Shown here: positions 61,539 through 64,000 of the stretch, piece after piece
Layout: each line of letters begins with the position of its first letter
Position numbering within the stretch: position 1 is the stretch's first letter
The notes under the pieces: model-generated
The model's input: only the letters and a program-made list of their open reading frames with translations
Databases searched by the model: none
What the model was told of the DNA's origin: nothing
Program-made: the position numbers and the translations under genes
Origin: Roseovarius sp.
GTDB taxonomy: Bacteria > Pseudomonadota > Alphaproteobacteria > Rhodobacterales > Rhodobacteraceae
Reading direction: 5' to 3'
NCBI GenBank assembly: GCA_027493545.1
Contig: JAOSKR010000003.1
Coordinates: 117,360 to 181,359 of the forward strand
DNA: 64,000 nucleotides

Positions 61539-62441
61539 ATGTCCAGCAAGCGTCAACTCAACACCATCCGCACCTTCGACGCTGTCGCGCGTCGAATGAG
61601 CTTCTCGCTCGCCGCCGAGGAGCTGGCGATCTCGCAGGCCGCGGTCAGCCAGCAGATCCGGCTTCTCGAGGCCGACCTCGGCTCCGAGCTCTTCGTGCGC
61701 CACAACCGGGCGATTTCGCTCACCGTGGCGGGGCGTGCCTATTTCGACGTGGTGCGCGAGATCCTCGACCGGCTCGATTCGGTCACCGAACAGCTTTTCC
61801 CCAGGAAATCGGCGCGCACCCTGACGGTGCGCTGCACTCCGAGCGTCGCAACGCTCTGGTTGTCGCCGAAGCTGCGCCGCATCGGCCGGCCGCTGCCCGA
61901 AATCGACATTCGGATCATCACGCTCGACAACATGGCTGGCACTCATCACCGGAGCTGGGACCTGGATATCTTCCGGGGCAACTTTCCCGACGACGCCGAC
62001 GGCGACACGGTCAAGCTTTGGGATGCCGAGATTCTGCCGGTCTGCGCGCCCGACTATCTGAAATCCGCCGGCACCATCGAACGTGCGGCTGATCTCGCCC
62101 GTTGTGACCTGATCCACACGCTTGGTTACCAGAACGACTGGCACCGCTGGTTTCGCCGCTTCGTGCCGGAGGTGACCAGAGTGCCCGCCGCGCTCTCGGT
62201 CGACGGGCTGCTGATCGCGCTCGATGCGGCCTGCAACGGCAACGGCATCATCCTCGGCCGCCGCCCGCTGATCGACGCGCATCTGGCCGATGGAAGGCTG
62301 GTGCGGGTGCTGCCGGAAGAGGTTCCGCTCATCTCGACCTATCTCATTCGGATCAACCGGAAATCGGCGGGCTGGCTGGCGGCGCGGGCCTTGCGCGCTC
62401 ATCTCTGCGCGTCGGGTCCGGGAGCCGCCGACGAACCCTGA
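61539..62441 (+). CDS. LysR-family transcriptional regulator (GcvA-like)
   Basis: MSSKRQLNTIRTFDAVARRMSFSLAAEELAISQAAVSQQIRLLEADLGSELFVRHNRA... Intact 300-aa ORF. Confidence 0.85.
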   Translation: MSSKRQLNTIRTFDAVARRMSFSLAAEELAISQAAVSQQIRLLEADLGSELFVRHNRAISLTVAGRAYFDVVREILDRLDSVTEQLFPRKSARTLTVRCTPSVATLWLSPKLRRIGRPLPEIDIRIITLDNMAGTHHRSWDLDIFRGNFPDDADGDTVKLWDAEILPVCAPDYLKSAGTIERAADLARCDLIHTLGYQNDWHRWFRRFVPEVTRVPAALSVDGLLIALDAACNGNGIILGRRPLIDAHLADGRLVRVLPEEVPLISTYLIRINRKSAGWLAARALRAHLCASGPGAADEP

Positions 62442-62526
62442 CAACGGCCGATCACATCCCGGCCGCCTCGTTGAGGATGCTCCGGAACCCTTTGCCAGCC
62501 CCGCAGCCCTGTCGCGAGGCAGTTTC

Positions 62527-62554
62527 GGGGTCTGACGCGTCCGCGTCAGACCCC
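62527..62554. terminator. bidirectional hairpin terminator between convergent genes
   Basis: GGGGTCTGACGC (62527-62538) - gtcc - GCGTCAGACCCC (62543-62554) is a perfect 12-bp stem. It sits between the LysR stop (62441) and the binding-protein stop (62562). Confidence 0.6.
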
Positions 62555-62561
62555 TGAGACG

Positions 62562-64000
62562 TCAGGCGAACCACCAGCGCTCGAGCACGCGGTAGCCGTC
62601 AAGCGTCGAATTCCCCCGACCTTGTCTGAGTGAGCGACCTTGTCGGAAAGACCCATGACGTAATTCGCGAACATCGGGATGATGACGCCGCCCTGATTGG
62701 CGCAGATGTCGTTCATCTCGTAATACATCTGCCGCCGCTTGTCCTCGTCAAGTTCGGAGCGCGCCGCCAACAGAAGCTCGTTGAACTTCTCGTTGTCCCA
62801 GTAGCTGTCGTTCCACGGCGCGCCGGCGGCATAGGCCGTGGAATACATCCAGTCCGCGGTCGGCCGTCCGCTCCAGTAGACCGCGCAGAACGGTTTCTTC
62901 ATCCAGACGTTACTCCAATAGCCGTCATTCGGCTCGCGCACGATCTCGATGTCGATCCCGGCAGCCGCGGCCTTTTCCGAGAACAGGACGGCGGCATCGA
63001 CAGCACCGACGAAGGCCGCATCCGCGGCCGATAGCTGCACCTTGAGGCTGTCGAGCCCGGCTTCTTTCATGTAGTGCCTGGCCTTGTCGGGATCGTAGCT
63101 GTGCTGTTCGAGATCGGGATTGAAGTAGCGCTGATTCCGGCCGATCGGATAGTCGTTTCCGACCGTTCCGTAACCCAGCAGGATCTTGTCCACCATCTCC
63201 TGCCGGTCGAGCGCGTATTTCAGCGCCTGCCGCACGTTGTTGTCCTTGAACGGATCGGCGCGGGTGTCCATCGCGAAGGTGTAGTGCTGCGATCCGGCGA
63301 CCGAGAGGATGTTGATCCCGGGCGCCTTTTCGAGAAGGTGGACGGTATTCAGATCCACCGGGTCGATGACATCGACCTCACCGGTGATCAGCGCGTTCTG
63401 ACGTGCCGCGGAATCGAGGATCGTATACATCTCGATCCCGTCGAACCATGCCCGGTTCGGCTTCCAGTAGTTCGGATTGCGCGTCAGTTTTGCAGACACG
63501 CCCGGCTCCCAGCTGTCGAGCACGTAGCCACCGCAGCCGTCCTTGCTCGTCGGGTCGATCTTGCCATCGGCGGACGGCATGATCGGCAGGTGATAATCGG
63601 ACAGGAGGTGAGGGAAGTCGGCATTGCCGCCGCTCAGCGTGAAGACCACCGCGTTGCCATCGGCCTTGATGTCGGTGATCGGTTCGACGATCGGCTTGGC
63701 CGCCGACTTGCTGTCCTCGCCGCGGTGATGGTTGATCGAGGCCACCACATCGTCAGGGGTCAACGTCTTGCCGCTGTGAAAGGTGATGCCATCGCGGATC
63801 TTGAACGTCCATGTCGCCGCATCGGCCGAGGCCTCCCAGCTTTCGGCGACCTCGCCGATCAGCGAACCGTCGTTGCTGACTTCGGTCAGCCAGCCGCAGC
63901 GCGCGCTGTGCATGATCTGTTCGAACTGCGAGGTCCACAATGCCGGGTCATAGGAGTCGGATGTGCTGCCTGCGGCCTGGGCGAGGCGTAGGATGCCGCC
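62562..64000 (-). pseudogene. ABC transporter substrate-binding protein, family 5 (peptide/opine/nickel type); 5' end beyond the window, one frameshift near the 3' end
   Basis: ORF 62546..63940 and its frame stay open to the window edge (...ESWEASADAATWTFKIRDGITFHSGK...NPNYWKP...). After the C5 run 62613-62617, the natural end ...GGNSTLDGYRVLERWWFA-stop (tca 62562-62564) is in another frame. Confidence 0.8.

Overview
High-GC alphaproteobacterial (Rhodobacteraceae-like) region, almost fully coding, mostly minus-strand operons with ATGA or GTGA stop/start overlaps. I saw no rRNA, tRNA or CRISPR array.

Left to right:
1. An NsrR (Rrf2) locus with a tandem Usp, two DUF1538 membrane proteins and a P-II-like protein.
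2. A ~14.7 kb catabolic operon (4090-18798, minus): tautomerase/SnoaL fusion, HyuB/HyuA, isochorismatase-like amidase, ICL/PEP-mutase-family lyase, FAD flavoprotein, Liv-type ABC importer, MmgE/PrpD and two Asp/Glu/hydantoin racemases. It is divergent from a GntR regulator plus a LeuCD-like dehydratase.
3. The most interesting block, at 21.9-31.9 kb: a translationally coupled ccmF-ccmG-ccmH-ccmI-hemA-ccmE operon, a MocR-type regulator, and haoA/haoB. haoA is an octahaem hydroxylamine-oxidoreductase homologue that keeps the cross-linking Tyr motif.
4. Two diverged IS6-family transposase N-terminal remnants (about 32.0 kb and 53.4 kb, same orientation). They bracket hydrolases, a GMC oxidoreductase pair, an Mla-like system, a phaC-maoC/pta-ackA-fabI cluster and an HlyD/RbbA/YhhJ exporter.
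5. A Dpp-type ABC system, a DMGDH-like flavoprotein, a non-Pyl MttB-family methyltransferase, a LysR regulator and a family-5 binding protein that runs off the right edge.

Caveat: about 34 frame disruptions affect 22 genes. Every junction I could resolve by eye is a one-base deficit in a G or C run, so most 'pseudogenes' here are probably assembly or base-calling artefacts. All family assignments come from reading the translations; no database search was run.
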